Below are positions 1 through 12,150 of a DNA stretch of 64,000 nucleotides, piece by piece. Positions within the stretch are counted from its first letter, which is position 1. Each line of letters starts with the position of its first letter. A program made the position numbers and the translations under genes. The notes beneath the pieces are model-generated. The model saw only the letters and a list, made by a program, of their open reading frames with translations, was not told where the DNA came from and ran no database searches. The DNA is from Ruditapes philippinarum (lineage: Eukaryota), in assembly GCF_026571515.1 (NCBI RefSeq), contig NW_026855927.1, positions 1 through 64,000 on the forward strand. Reading direction: 5' to 3'.

Positions 1-584
1 GGGTTAATTTCAAAACAAAAAATGTAAACATTGTGATATGGATAAGTGTAAAACTGTGTTTTATTTCTTATAATGTACATGTATTTATTTCATCGCATTT
101 TGTTTCTGCTTCATTTTTACATGTAATTATTCTTATGTTCAAATGACATAAACTACACAAATTCAAATCCAAATGGCACAGAGTGTCTTTGTAGTTACGC
201 CAAGACTTAGTAATGTAAGTCAATCTTTCAAATAAAAATTGACAATATCAGTCGTTTGTTATAATCAATAATACAGACATGGAAAATGTATAATTAATCG
301 ATACAAGTACATAATAGTTATTATGCATACACTCTGAGATCTCTTAAAAAGACGCTTGATTGTAAAAAAGACATAATTATGTTAGTATATCATAACGTAT
401 AACGGGGAATGGACAGTGAAACACAAAATTTTTAAACATTCTTCATTAAAATATTGAGTCTACCAATAACATATTACCTAGAACAGTAGAAAAATAACAG
501 AAAAGTGATTGGCAAACAGCTCTGTCATACAAATGCAAAAGTAAGCAGACAGTATATAAATCGTCCGATTACACAGAATGGATT

Positions 585-2122
585 TTAGCTTTCTTGTCTT
601 CTAGAACGTCGACGAATCAGTGTTTCGTAAAGGCTTAAATCTTTATTTTCACCAGTTCTCCTCCGTCGATTAAACTCTTCTAAACTTCCGACTCCAATTC
701 CGTTAGCGACACCCGCAGATAAGCCCCCATCCCGACACATAGGACTGCCGCCACAAAATCCACCCATGTAGGGAAATCCACGAGTCCCACCTCTGGCTCC
801 TATATAACCTTCACGAATACCGCCACGATCACGTTGACCTTGACGATCTAATCCTTCCTGCTGTGCTTCCGGTCTCTGGCGTCTTGGCCTTTGTACTCTT
901 TCTCGCGGACTTCCAGCTGTCCTTGGCTGACCAAATCTGTTATCAGACATTCTTGGTTGAAATGATGTATCCACGATGGTGTTTTCGTAATTCTGTGGAG
1001 GGTTGACATCATATGACTGAGTACCAGTATCATATATCGGGTCGTAAGTCTGAGCTCCGTTTGGATTTATTTGATCTACCGGCATACCACCTCGAGGTTC
1101 TCGTGAAGCATCGTTACCAGAAATGCCATACCCTATAATGACAGCATTGATTAGGTGTTTGTTTGCTTTACAATATATACCTCTTTAAAAAGTACCTAAC
1201 TTTTGTAACGACAATTTTCATTGGATAGGCATGATGTTTATATAGTCTATATTCACGGCAGCAGTAAATTTAGGAAGTAAATTAAATATTCTTTCCTCAA
1301 ATAAAGCAAATCTGCAGTATAAATTCGTTATAAATATTTATGCCCATTAATGACATTATGCCCATCCAAGGATATATAGTGAATAAACAGGTGGAAACAA
1401 ATGTTGGTCAATAACCCTTTTAACAGTCAATCTTTTGAAATAATAGTCATTTCAGCTCAACTTAACAATGACAAAATAAGCACAATGTCACTTAAATGAA
1501 CTTCAAGTTCGCCTTTTCGAATTAAGTTAAATTTCTCTTTTTTTTAAAAAAAATATGGATGGTTACACAGTTCTTTTCTAAATTGAATATTGTTGATTTT
1601 AATATGGTTAGACAACTGTCATTTTCTCACAATATAGCCGTGTAATTCTAAATGATTTCTTAAATATGTATTTTCTTTTTTTAGAAATAAAGGTATATAA
1701 AAGATTAGTTGTAAATGTAATTATTTTAGCTGTTATGTAATTCTCATATAATTACCTTGCTCTAAATAAGGTTGGCGAGTCATTCTCCTTCCGTGTACCG
1801 CTTGTGTAGGGTATCCATGTTCCGGAGAGATAGCACCCTGAACGTTTTGATATAATCTATGGCTTGAGGGCATCATTCTAGGATCATAATTATTATATTC
1901 ATAGTTTGGAAACATGAATTCTGCTTGACCATGACCGTATCCAGTATGCAAAGGTCTGAAACCATTGTCTTGGCTATAGACCAGGTGGCTGGGGTGACTG
2001 AGTAAATAATCCGGTACATGGCTCCTATGTCCATGTAGTATTCCAGGTAGGGGTGGTAAATGGTAGTCGTGTCCTTTACTGGTTTGTACAAGTACAAGAA
2101 GAATTCCCAAGAAGCGAGTCAT
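585..2122 (-). CDS. Secreted low-complexity His/Tyr/Pro/Gly/Arg-rich protein (gene A), two coding exons join(1756..2122, 585..1132), 304 aa
   Basis: ORF 1733..2122 begins with a signal-peptide-like MTRFLGILLVLVQTSKG. The donor CAAG|GTAAT at 1756/1755 is phase 1. The acceptor TCATTATAG|GG at 1133/1132 restores the frame (GYGISGNDASREPRGG) into ORF 585..1085, and 367+548=915 nt. An acceptor TTTCTAG| at 2129 precedes the ATG. The upstream exon was not located. Confidence 0.85.
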
Positions 2123-5100
2123 CCAGATCTAGAAATAGATATAATTATATGATGTTATTATTTCAAGAATTACCGTGATATAATAAAGGCCCATTATGGT
2201 ATCGAATTGATATCGTTTACTGTTCTAAAAATATACTCATTTGCCACATTGATGATTTATGTTTGTTTCTGTTTGCTTTGTTGGCAGTTGGTATAGTTCA
2301 AGTGAATCAGTATTTTGTATGGAAGTCATTGAAATACTATTTTGTTTACATGTTTGCTACCTTTATCACACATGTTCTGCGCTTCTTTTATTAAGTTGTA
2401 AAGCATCTAACATATATTATGTTTTTTGTTTTCTTTTTGTTTATTTTTTTTTCACTTATATTATTGGAGAGGTCATCAGACCTCTCCACGGTGTTCAGAC
2501 TGATTGCTGGCGGCATCCATTTTTGCGTATCTGATTGTAGTGAATGCATCTCATTTACAGCTTAAAACCATTAGGAGCAGTCTACAAAATTTGTTTTGCG
2601 CATGCTCCGTTTCAAAATACGACTTAACTTAAACGAAAAATTAACATCGGAGTGAACAAATCGGTACATAGAAAATCGGAAAATATCATTTACGTTACTT
2701 AGCGCTACGTGGATGTTTCATTTCGTTCTAATGTTTTAAACTGTATAAATCGATTACAGTATTGTTTTCTGAATAGCATTTTACTATTTCATATTCCGAT
2801 AAATAGTGACAGTGACGATAAATAGTAACAGTGAACATTATAGCTACACTATTATATGACCGAGTGAACCATGTACCGAAATTTTGCTGCAAACGGTATG
2901 ACTAAGTAACGCAACGGGGATTTTTTGGCGCAAATGACACAAGTTTGATTTTTATTAAAATATTGTGGTTGAAGGCATGCAGCTTAATATTCTGTTTATT
3001 CCAATCAAATGAAATAAAACATTTTTATGTAAATCCTGGACTTAAAATTGTCTGATAAACATGCTTTATGCCCGTTTTGGAAAATGTCGAGGAAATGTTT
3101 CCATATTCTTACCAAAACATTAACCGAAAATTTGCTTATTGAATTTTACAAGAAAATTTGATACTACTTTTGATATGCATATCATTTATTCTAATTTAAT
3201 TCCCTTTGTAGAAAAAATATCCCTAATGCGCCAAGAAAAAGTCCATTTCTCCGGCATATAATCTTTCAAAACATTAAAAAATGAAGTGTAAAACAAACTT
3301 TCATTATGATACTATATATTCAATTTATATAATAAATTCTATTTTGTTAAATAATAATAATTATTGTAATTTATAACCATTCATTGTGTCTTTTTTTCCC
3401 CAAATATTTTCGAATTAAACAAATCTCCTACAGCAGCAAAAAGACGCATGCTTCTTTTTAAAGAAGCAAACTTGTAAAGAATATTGACCCCAAAAAAGGG
3501 CTGCCACTTTTGGTAAGGGAGGTAAATATTGTAACAATCAGGAACTATATCTATAACCTCTGCATAGTTGTCTTCTGTCGAGTATTAACATCTAATCTTA
3601 ACAACAACAATATTAGTTTTTTGAAGTAAGAATTCAAGCAATGAATTTAACATCTCTATTAAAAAAAAAAGGAAAAAAGGCAGAATCCCTAAAGAACGCC
3701 CAAAACTGCAAAATTAAGTATGTTGCAGTAACCCCTGTTTAACAACTAAAAAGGTTGTTTTCTAAAAGGTGTTACGAACTTGTACTATATAAACGCACTA
3801 ATATGTACCAACCTTCATTTATTAACCAACGATGATGAAAAAAGATCCCTCTTTATGACGATGTGTATCTTTTTTTATTATTAAATTGTGAGAATAATCA
3901 TAGTTCCACTGAAATGATGTTTAAAACTAAATGCATCTAGTGATGTTTAGCTTATTAAATATGATTAGACCGTGCTGTACTCAATTGATACATTATATAT
4001 AGTAACATGGGTTAAGTCGAACGACGCATAACTGGAATTACTCTGAAGAAAAAACCCGGAAAAGAATGTAGATTGTTAACGACATCATATTCATAAATTG
4101 AAGTATGGAAAACCATCAACATAATAATTAACATTTTGATATAAGGATATCAATGTCTTCCGTAGCTTTAGAACCAATGATTAATTATTAATTAAAATTT
4201 GAAATTCCTGTAAGTATGAAGTAATGTCCTTGGTTCACCAGCGTGAAAAAGTACTACAATGCACTTATTGTAAGGAAAGAGTGGACAGAGGCAGTTTTAT
4301 CCATATCATATCTCAAATTGTATATTCCTAGCTCAAAACGAATATATTTTATAAATTATAGCCTATGGTCTACTTATGATATTCACAAGGCCTGCCACAG
4401 GGTGCAGTTTTTTGACAGTCAATATTTAAACAATTTGTCAGAATACAATGACTGATTTGTATTTGACTGTAAGGACATACTATCAAAGGCTACTGTTGAT
4501 TGAATGAGTTTATACTTTAATTGAATAATAAAGTTCGAATATACCGACGATATGAGAATTTACAATGGTTCTTTAACTTTTCTTATAGAGAATATGTGTT
4601 GCGCAAAGCGGGAGAGTAAATATATAAAATTCTCTCATTTTGAAATTAATTTAAAACGGAACATATATTTTTATCTTGCTCGCCAGGCTTATTAAAATGG
4701 CGCCATTTAATGATTTTGACGTTATCGCAATGTAATAAAAATCTTTTCTTTAGGCGTTCTACCATACCCTATTTTTCAAACTATAAGCTAAAGCAAAAAT
4801 TCTATATTCACCCAAGTCTCAGTGTGATATATTAACTGGTATACACCTAATTGATGTATATATTTTAGTATATCGTTGAAAACAATAAGATAATGCTGTT
4901 TATTTATTGGTTGTGGTGTTAAATTTTACGAATACATCATCTTTCTCGTGGTTGAAAAAATAAACGCTTCAAGCCAAAATTTTGATACTTTCTAAATTTG
5001 ATTTTCTTTTAAATTATCACATATATAAAGAATTTAGATTTTTTGGTATGCATTTGTATCATAAATTATAATAACTTAAAAACCGACAGCTAAAAATAAT

Positions 5101-6060
5101 CATGAAATGTTACATAAAAAAAATAATCTAAAATTACACGTGTGAAATATTGTTTACGTAAAGCACATTTTGTTGATTATTTTCGGCTGTAGGTTTTTAG
5201 GTAATTAAACATTTTTTAAAAAATCTAAATTTCTTTGAATATCAATACAAAAATTACTTAACCAAATATCACGACGTTTCATAAATACATAATTATAATA
5301 TAATTATTGTGAAATATGTACATTTTGTTGGTAAGGTTTTCGGCCATTAACGTTTAGTGTACATTAAATCGTTACCTAATTAATACCTGTTTGAAAGGTA
5401 ATCATTTATGGTATGAACAAAGTTATTTCACGTCTACAACCATTAAAGCAATAACCATGACAGCTATCTTACCACTTTAACAATATGATGAATGGAGATT
5501 TAATGGAGATTTTAACAGTCGTCAGTTGTTATTCTGTGTATATGATAAGAGTTCTTTCACCTGAACATACTCCATTATTTTCAATCGCATCTTTTCGGCC
5601 CTTTCCGTCAAACTTCGGATAAGAACCCCCAACACAATAGTAAAAAAATAAGTAGAACGGATCCGAGGTTTGTGTTATTACAATAGCCGAGCTGTTCCGA
5701 TTGCATTATTATATGATTCTGCACATTTTTCACATAAATTTTCAGTAGATAGTCGTGTGGTTCATATATAGAGCTGCTGAGAATTTATTATTATTATTAT
5801 TAGCTTTACAATAAAAGGACACAATCGTGCAGACTAGATATTTGTTTTGACAAGTTATATGGCTGTGTTAATAGAACCGATTATACTGAGCCATATATCA
5901 TATCCAAAACCTTCACAAATTTTAATACACAGGGGTTCTTCCGGTTACAAAATAGAGCTACTAATATTATATTTTTTTTACATTTTTTTCCAGACTTAAT
6001 GATTCCATGCAAATCACAAAACGTGTAATAGCCTCACAATTAGCTTAAATAATCAATAAT

Positions 6061-6297
6061 TGAGCCGCGTCACGACAAAACCAACATAGTGGGTTTGCGA
6101 CCAGCATGGATTCAGACCAGCCTGCGCATCCGCGCAGTCTGATCAGGACCCTTGCTGTTCGCTATCAGTCTCACTACTTGTAATAGAGTTGGTAAGCGAA
6201 CAGCATGGATCCTGATCAGACTACGCGGATGCGCAGGCTGGTCTGGATCAATGCTGGTCGCAAACCCTCTATGTTTGTTTTGTCGTGACGCGGCTTA
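6061..6297. mobile_element. Foldback MITE, about 237 bp, almost fully palindromic
   Basis: Arms TGAGCCGCGTCACGACAAAACCAACAT...GCTGTTCGCT and AGCGAACAGC...TTGTCGTGACGCGGCT are reverse complements over about 100 bp. A second copy lies at 16393. Confidence 0.9.
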
Positions 6298-8468
6298 ATT
6301 AAATAATCAGACTGGAAACCAAACAAAAATTGTCCATTGTTTTACTATTAACATCCTTAATTTGCTAAATGGGTTTTAGTTTGGAAAATTCCATTCAAAT
6401 TCAAAAAAATTAAAAAGAGAGTTCAGCATCAAAATTTTAAACTATGCTTCCAACAAGAGAATCTTATCAGATTGCACGAATCTTCAGTCTGGCCTGTTTT
6501 AATGGTTAACCACTTTTAGTCCATGTAAAGAAATTGTTTAAAAGCAGTATCTGCCCACTCGTATCTTTATTTTTCGAGGGAACTTGGCTTTTTTGAATTA
6601 CATAAATTTGAAATGCGAACAGTTCTTGAAAAATTTGAGGCGCAGCTTTTTATTGAAATCAATGAAACTTGTAGCCTTCATAGTGAGAATTTGATGGAAA
6701 TCACGTTGACGTCGAAATGATGACGTCATGACTTCCACTTTCTGCATCTCTATATTGTGCAGCCATGTAAAACCATGGCATGTCACAATATTCAAAGGGG
6801 AGTAACCATAATAGATTACAACCAGCAGTTCAACATAATATGTCTCCTTGTTTACACTATTTAGTCCTAAATTTATATTTTCACAACTATTTTGTAAATA
6901 ATAATGTATTGCGGAAACTCATACGTGCAACTTACTCCACGAGAGCGCTGGTAAATTGTTTTGGAGCCAATCGAAAAAAGGTTATTCCATTTCAGAAGAA
7001 AATGTCTGGTCTTTTCTGTGCAAGGTGAAAGCACCAGTACGAGGGATCTCGGGTTTTTTTAAAGTCTCTTCCAAAAACGTGTTATTAGTAATTAAAGTGG
7101 GAGTAGCTGTGGATCGAAGATGTTGCCATTGGATTATTTTTCGAGAATGTTATCTCTTGGTTGTTCTTTTTATGATTTTACAATTGACAGGTCCAAGTTG
7201 TTAACAGAGCTAAAATTCATAACATAATGAGGCAGTATAGAAGCTAAATAATGGCTAATCATTTTTGTCCTTATCCTTTAACCTGCTTAATTCCTGAAAT
7301 TGACTAGTCCTGCTTCTAGTATTTGAAAATCATTAAAAAAAATTAAGATATAACTTATTAACACCAATATATTGTCAATTTTAGAGACCGAGATCAAGTT
7401 GTGTGACATAAATGGACTAGAATTGTTTTCGGGAATTTTATACCTGGTGTTGTCTGTGAACACGGTTTTCAAAATACCTCTCTATCTATGGTAATAGATG
7501 TTTAAGTGTGCCTGTTTTTTGAAACTTGATTAACGTTGCCAACAATCCTCAGCTGCTCAATGATAACAACAACAACAGATCCTCAAAAAATAGGGATTAA
7601 TGGAGAAAGGTTAAGAAAAGTCTTTACTATTGAAATTTACCATTCATAATGAAATTTTTGAACGTACAGTGTACGTGGTATAAACGTACAGTGTACGTGG
7701 TGTATTGAGCACAATGGTTATAAGGAAATGCACGGTATATCTTTATGATTCACTGACGTTGATCGATCATTAGCTATAACCATAAAAAATGCATTACGTC
7801 ACATTAAATCACAAGGGGAAATTTTTTCTTCGTCTGACAATGTATTCACTACTGTATTTATTCATGCAATAAATGTGCACATATGACTGTAAGCCTCGTG
7901 TAAGAACATAAATAAAGTTTATAAATACACGTACACGTATTAGTCTTTCTAGAAATTCCAAAAAAAAAAATAACATTGTAATAATATCCCATTATCTTAA
8001 ATGTTGTTTCATGGTTTACTAGCTTTTTTTGTATAAACTTTCAAAGGTACGCGATTTACATCATTGACAGTTTAAGACAAATCATCACTTAGAATTTAAT
8101 GTTATTTATTTCAATTAAAGCAAATAAATATTAAACAAAAATGCATTATCAGCAAAAATTTAACCAAGGGAGGCAAATGTCAGACAGGCTGTTTACGTTA
8201 TAATGGAGTTAATTATCCTTATTCATGAAGGTCTTGTCCGTCTAAAACACTCTCCAGCATGTACTAGTATCGTTGAGTTATCACAAGTAATTCTGCTATA
8301 TGGACGCAAATGCAATGAATTTAAATATCTTATTACACAAATTGTATTATGTCTTTTCTTTTTTTCACGAAATCATATTTTCATTAAAGGTTATAAAAAG
8401 CTAGTTCGTTATAAACACCATATACGTTCCATCATATAAGTAAAATAGTCAAGCTTCTTCCAAGATAT

Positions 8469-8771
8469 TTAGTGGTTTGGGAATGGGTACCATCCTCTTC
8501 CGTTTCTATCTATGCCGTCAGCATGCCTTTCTCCAATTCCAGCCCCTCCCCATACTGGCAGCCCATTTCTTCCACCTGTGCCGCCAAAGAAATCTTGACT
8601 ACCTATGCTCCCTCCGCGGCTTCTGCCAAAACCGCTGCCAGAAAATCCTCTTTGGAATTGCATCGGGTACTGGAATCCTCCCGGGTAAATGGTTTGAAAT
8701 GGATATTGTGCTTTTGTCACGGTGATACACACTGTCAGCAAACAGCAACATATTGTTATTGGGAACTTCAT
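8469..8771 (-). CDS. Secreted Gly/aromatic-rich peptide (gene B), 100 aa
   Basis: The acceptor TTTTTATTTTTCAG|A directly precedes the ATG at 8771. Signal peptide MKFPITICCCLLTVCITVTKA, mature QYPF...WGGAGIGERHADGID...PNH. GC-rich island, with AATAAA downstream at 8105-8110 (minus strand). Confidence 0.88.
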   Translation of the reverse strand: MKFPITICCCLLTVCITVTKAQYPFQTIYPGGFQYPMQFQRGFSGSGFGRSRGGSIGSQDFFGGTGGRNGLPVWGGAGIGERHADGIDRNGRGWYPFPNH

Positions 8772-8924
8772 TCTGAAAAATAAAAATGTAAGTACATTTT
8801 TTTGCAGCCATTTGAACACTTAATATAAAAGAGACTCAACTGGTGGAGAAATGAACGGAAATTGTGCACACAATTTATGGTTCTCAAACCTGTTGATATC
8901 ATTTAAAGTCAGGGAAGTGCAGAG

Positions 8925-10705
8925 TCAGCACGGCCTGCAAATGTCACATATTGGTTGAAGCTTGTAAATGTCATATAAAGTCATGCCAGTCAACACATGT
9001 CCTTAAGAGTAAGGCTGGCATGCAGTTATCATAAAATTAGACAAGTCTGCAGTTGTCATGCCTGCAGATATTATATAGAGTCAGACAGCTTGTAGATGTC
9101 AAATAGAGTCATGCCAGCCTGAAGATTTTATATTGTATCATTCCAGCTTGCAAAATTTATATTGAATCAAGTCAGCTTGCAGAACTTATATAGAGTCAGG
9201 CTCGCCTGCAGATGTGATATAGTGTCAGGTCAGCTTGCAGAACTTATATAGAAATAGGCTGGTCTGTAGATGTGATATAGAGTCAGGTTAGCCTGAAGAT
9301 GTGATATAAAGTCAGGCTAGCCTGCAGATGTGATATAGTCAGGCCAGCCTGCAGATGTAATATAGAGTCAAGCCAGCTTGCAGATGTGATATTGTCAAAC
9401 TAGCATGCAGATGTGATAAAGTCAGGCCAGCCTGCAGATGTGATATAGAGTCAGGCCAGCCTGAAGATGTCATATAGAGTCAGGCAAGCCAGCATAACTT
9501 AGATAGAGTCAGGCTAGCCTGCAGATGTGAAATAGAGTCAGGCTAGCCTGCAGATGTGATATAGAGTCATGTTAGCCTGCATATGTGATATAGAGTCAGG
9601 CCAGCCTGCATATGTGATATAGAGTCAGGCCAGCCTGCAGATGTGATGAAGAATCAGGCTAGCCTGCAGATGTGATATAGAGCCAGGCCAGCCTGCATAT
9701 GTGATATAGTCAGGCCAGCCTGCAGATGTGATATTGAGTCAGGGTAGCCTGCAGATGTGATATAGAGTCAGGGTAGCATGCAGATGGGATATTGAGTCAG
9801 GGTAGCCTGCAGATGTGATATTGAGTCAGGGTAGCCTGCAGATGTCATATAGAGTCAGGGTAGCCTGCAGATGTCATATAGAGTCAGGCTAGCCTGCAGA
9901 TGTGATATTGAGTCAGGGTAGCCTGCAGATGTCATATAGAGCCAGGGTAGCCTGCAGATGTGATATTGAGTCAGGGTAGCCTGCAGATGTCATATAGAGT
10001 AAGGGTAGCCTGCAGATGTGATATTGAGTCAGGGTAGCCTGCAGATGTCATATAGAGCCAGGGTAGCCTGCAGATGTGATATTGAGTCAGGGTAGCCTGC
10101 AGATGTCATATAGAGCCAAGGTAGCCTGCAGATGTCATATAGAGCCAGGGTAGCCTGCAGATGTCATATAGAGTCAGGCTAGCCTGCAGATGTCATATAG
10201 AGTCAGGCTAGCCTGCAGATGTCATATAGAGCCGGGGTAGCCTGCAGATGTCATATAGAGTCAGGCTAGCATGCAGATGTCATATAGAGTCAGACTAGCC
10301 TGCAGATGTGATATAGAGTCAGGCTAGCATGCAGATGTCATATAGAGCCAGACTAGCCTGCAGATGTGATATAGAGCCAGACTAGCCTGCAGATGTGATA
10401 TAGTCAGGCCAGCCTGAAAATGTGATATAGAGTCAGGCTAGCTTGCAGAACTTAGATAGAGTCAGACTAGCCTGCAGATGTTATATAGAGTCAGGCAGCT
10501 TGCAGATCTTATAAAGAGTCCGGCCAGCCTGCAGATGTGATTTAGAGTCAGGCCAGCCTGCAGATGTGATATAGAGTCAGGCTAGCCTCCGGGTGTCATA
10601 TAGAATCAGGCAAGTCTGCAGATGTGATATAGAATCTGGTCAGCTTGCAGAACTTATATAGAGTCAGGCTGGCCTGCATATTTCATATAGACTCAGGTCA
10701 GCTTA
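8925..10705. repeat. 29-bp minisatellite array (about 60 units) in the presumed intron of gene B
   Basis: Unit GCCTGCAGATGTGATATAGAGTCAGGCTA, homogeneous in the centre and degenerate at the edges. Confidence 0.97.
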
Positions 10706-11493
10706 GGCCAGACTTAATTCTGTTGACAATTTTGTTTTAACAAATTGATATCAAAATCCAACAGTGAATATATCTAAATTCAAAACTTGGATATTTAATT
10801 AATATACAAGTTTAGATGTGTTTAGATCAGAACACAGTTAATTTAATCACACATGCATGTATATAGAGATAAAAAGAAACACGTTGAATTGTAAGGGGAG
10901 ATAATTCGCATTCCAAAATGTTTTTTTTGTTGATACAGATTCATTTCCCTCTCCAATGTAAGAGAAGTTTTCTTTCATAAACTACACTATAAAGAAATAG
11001 CTTGAAAAAGGTAGAATTCATATTTAGAACAGAGGATGGTCATAACGAATATGTTTGCAAAACATTGTTGCTGTTTTTTTCCGGACACTTGGGGTTACAA
11101 GTTGTCCTTCAAGCTTTACCTTTGGGGATACTTCAGGTGCTTCTAAGAGAAAGACCTCAGGTGTTCTTTGGTATATTATTTTAGACAAAAGCGTACTAAT
11201 GCTGACTTTCCTTTTAACATGAGATAATCAAAACCCTGGCGGTATTTGAACCCATGGCAGTTAGAAACAATTCTAATCGGAATACAGTTTAATCTTAATG
11301 CATGTTTTCCGATGATATATATAATATATTCTAGTTTTTTATAAACAATTAATTTCATTTATTTCATTAACCGGAAACCGATGTTAGTTTTAACTTTTGA
11401 ACCAAAATCTGATGGAAATTTAAACAATATTTTTGTATTTGTTTCTTATTGACATTTTCTATTTAAACGTACTATTTTCGATTGCATGCTTAT

Positions 11494-11646
11494 NNNNNNN
11501 NNNNNNNNNNNNNNNNNNNNNNNNNNNNNNNNNNNNNNNNNNNNNNNNNNNNNNNNNNNNNNNNNNNNNNNNNNNNNNNNNNNNNNNNNNNNNNNNNNNN
11601 NNNNNNNNNNNNNNNNNNNNNNNNNNNNNNNNNNNNNNNNNNNNNN
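11494..11646. other. Assembly gap
   Basis: N run. Confidence 1.
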
Positions 11647-12049
11647 TGTTATCGTTGTTGAGTACAGCAAAATACAACAACAGATTAGGTAGATTATAAA
11701 TGTAAAAGAAATAATAATCGAAGAATAAACTTTACCGCATCGCTCTTCAAATTGTTTAATTTTCTGTTGTATATCTTCATAATATTGTTACTATTCTTAT
11801 GTGAGTATTTTTTATTTTAAGTTTGCAATATTAGTTTCACAAATATAATTTCACACAGATATTATTAGATTTTAACTATTTTCTCAATCTCGAAAAAAAA
11901 TGAAGAAATTATTTCGATACAAAATTGGCAATAAAATTATAAGAAATATTTAGAAATTAAAGAATGCTTATTTTTTTTAGTATTTCTTATTAAAAAAATG
12001 ACCAAGACTTTCCTTTGTCTATATTCTTATTAGCATAAAGAAATCTTAC

Positions 12050-12150
12050 CTGTATAAAGTGTTATAACCTCCGTTGTAAACCGCCGACTAAGTTCTAGTT
12101 ATTCTGCAAGGACAATAACTTATGTATTACTTACTATGACCATGGTCATA
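12050..12150 (-). other. Candidate non-coding first exon and promoter of gene B
   Basis: Strong donor ACAG|GTAAGA at 12050/12049. The adjacent plus-strand TGTATAAAG resembles TGTATTAAG and TGTATTGAAG next to the donors of genes C and D. The 5' limit is uncertain. Confidence 0.45.

Noticed and set aside
735-775. YMGGF in gene A as an enkephalin- or abductin-like motif
   Set aside because: A single short low-complexity match without dibasic flanks or repetition.
8472-8811. Overlapping ORFs 8472+, 8477+ and 8599-
   Set aside because: Shadow frames of the GC-rich gene B exon.
8772-8819. N-terminal extensions in the ORF track for genes B (and MLTV for gene C)
   Set aside because: They run through polypyrimidine tract and AG acceptors, so they are intronic.
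8925-10705. CRISPR-like 29-bp repeat
   Set aside because: Head-to-tail units with no unique spacers, no cas genes and a eukaryotic context.
11433-11699. ORFs spanning N runs (also at 40.1-40.4 kb and 54.6-54.9 kb)
   Set aside because: Artefacts of assembly gaps.
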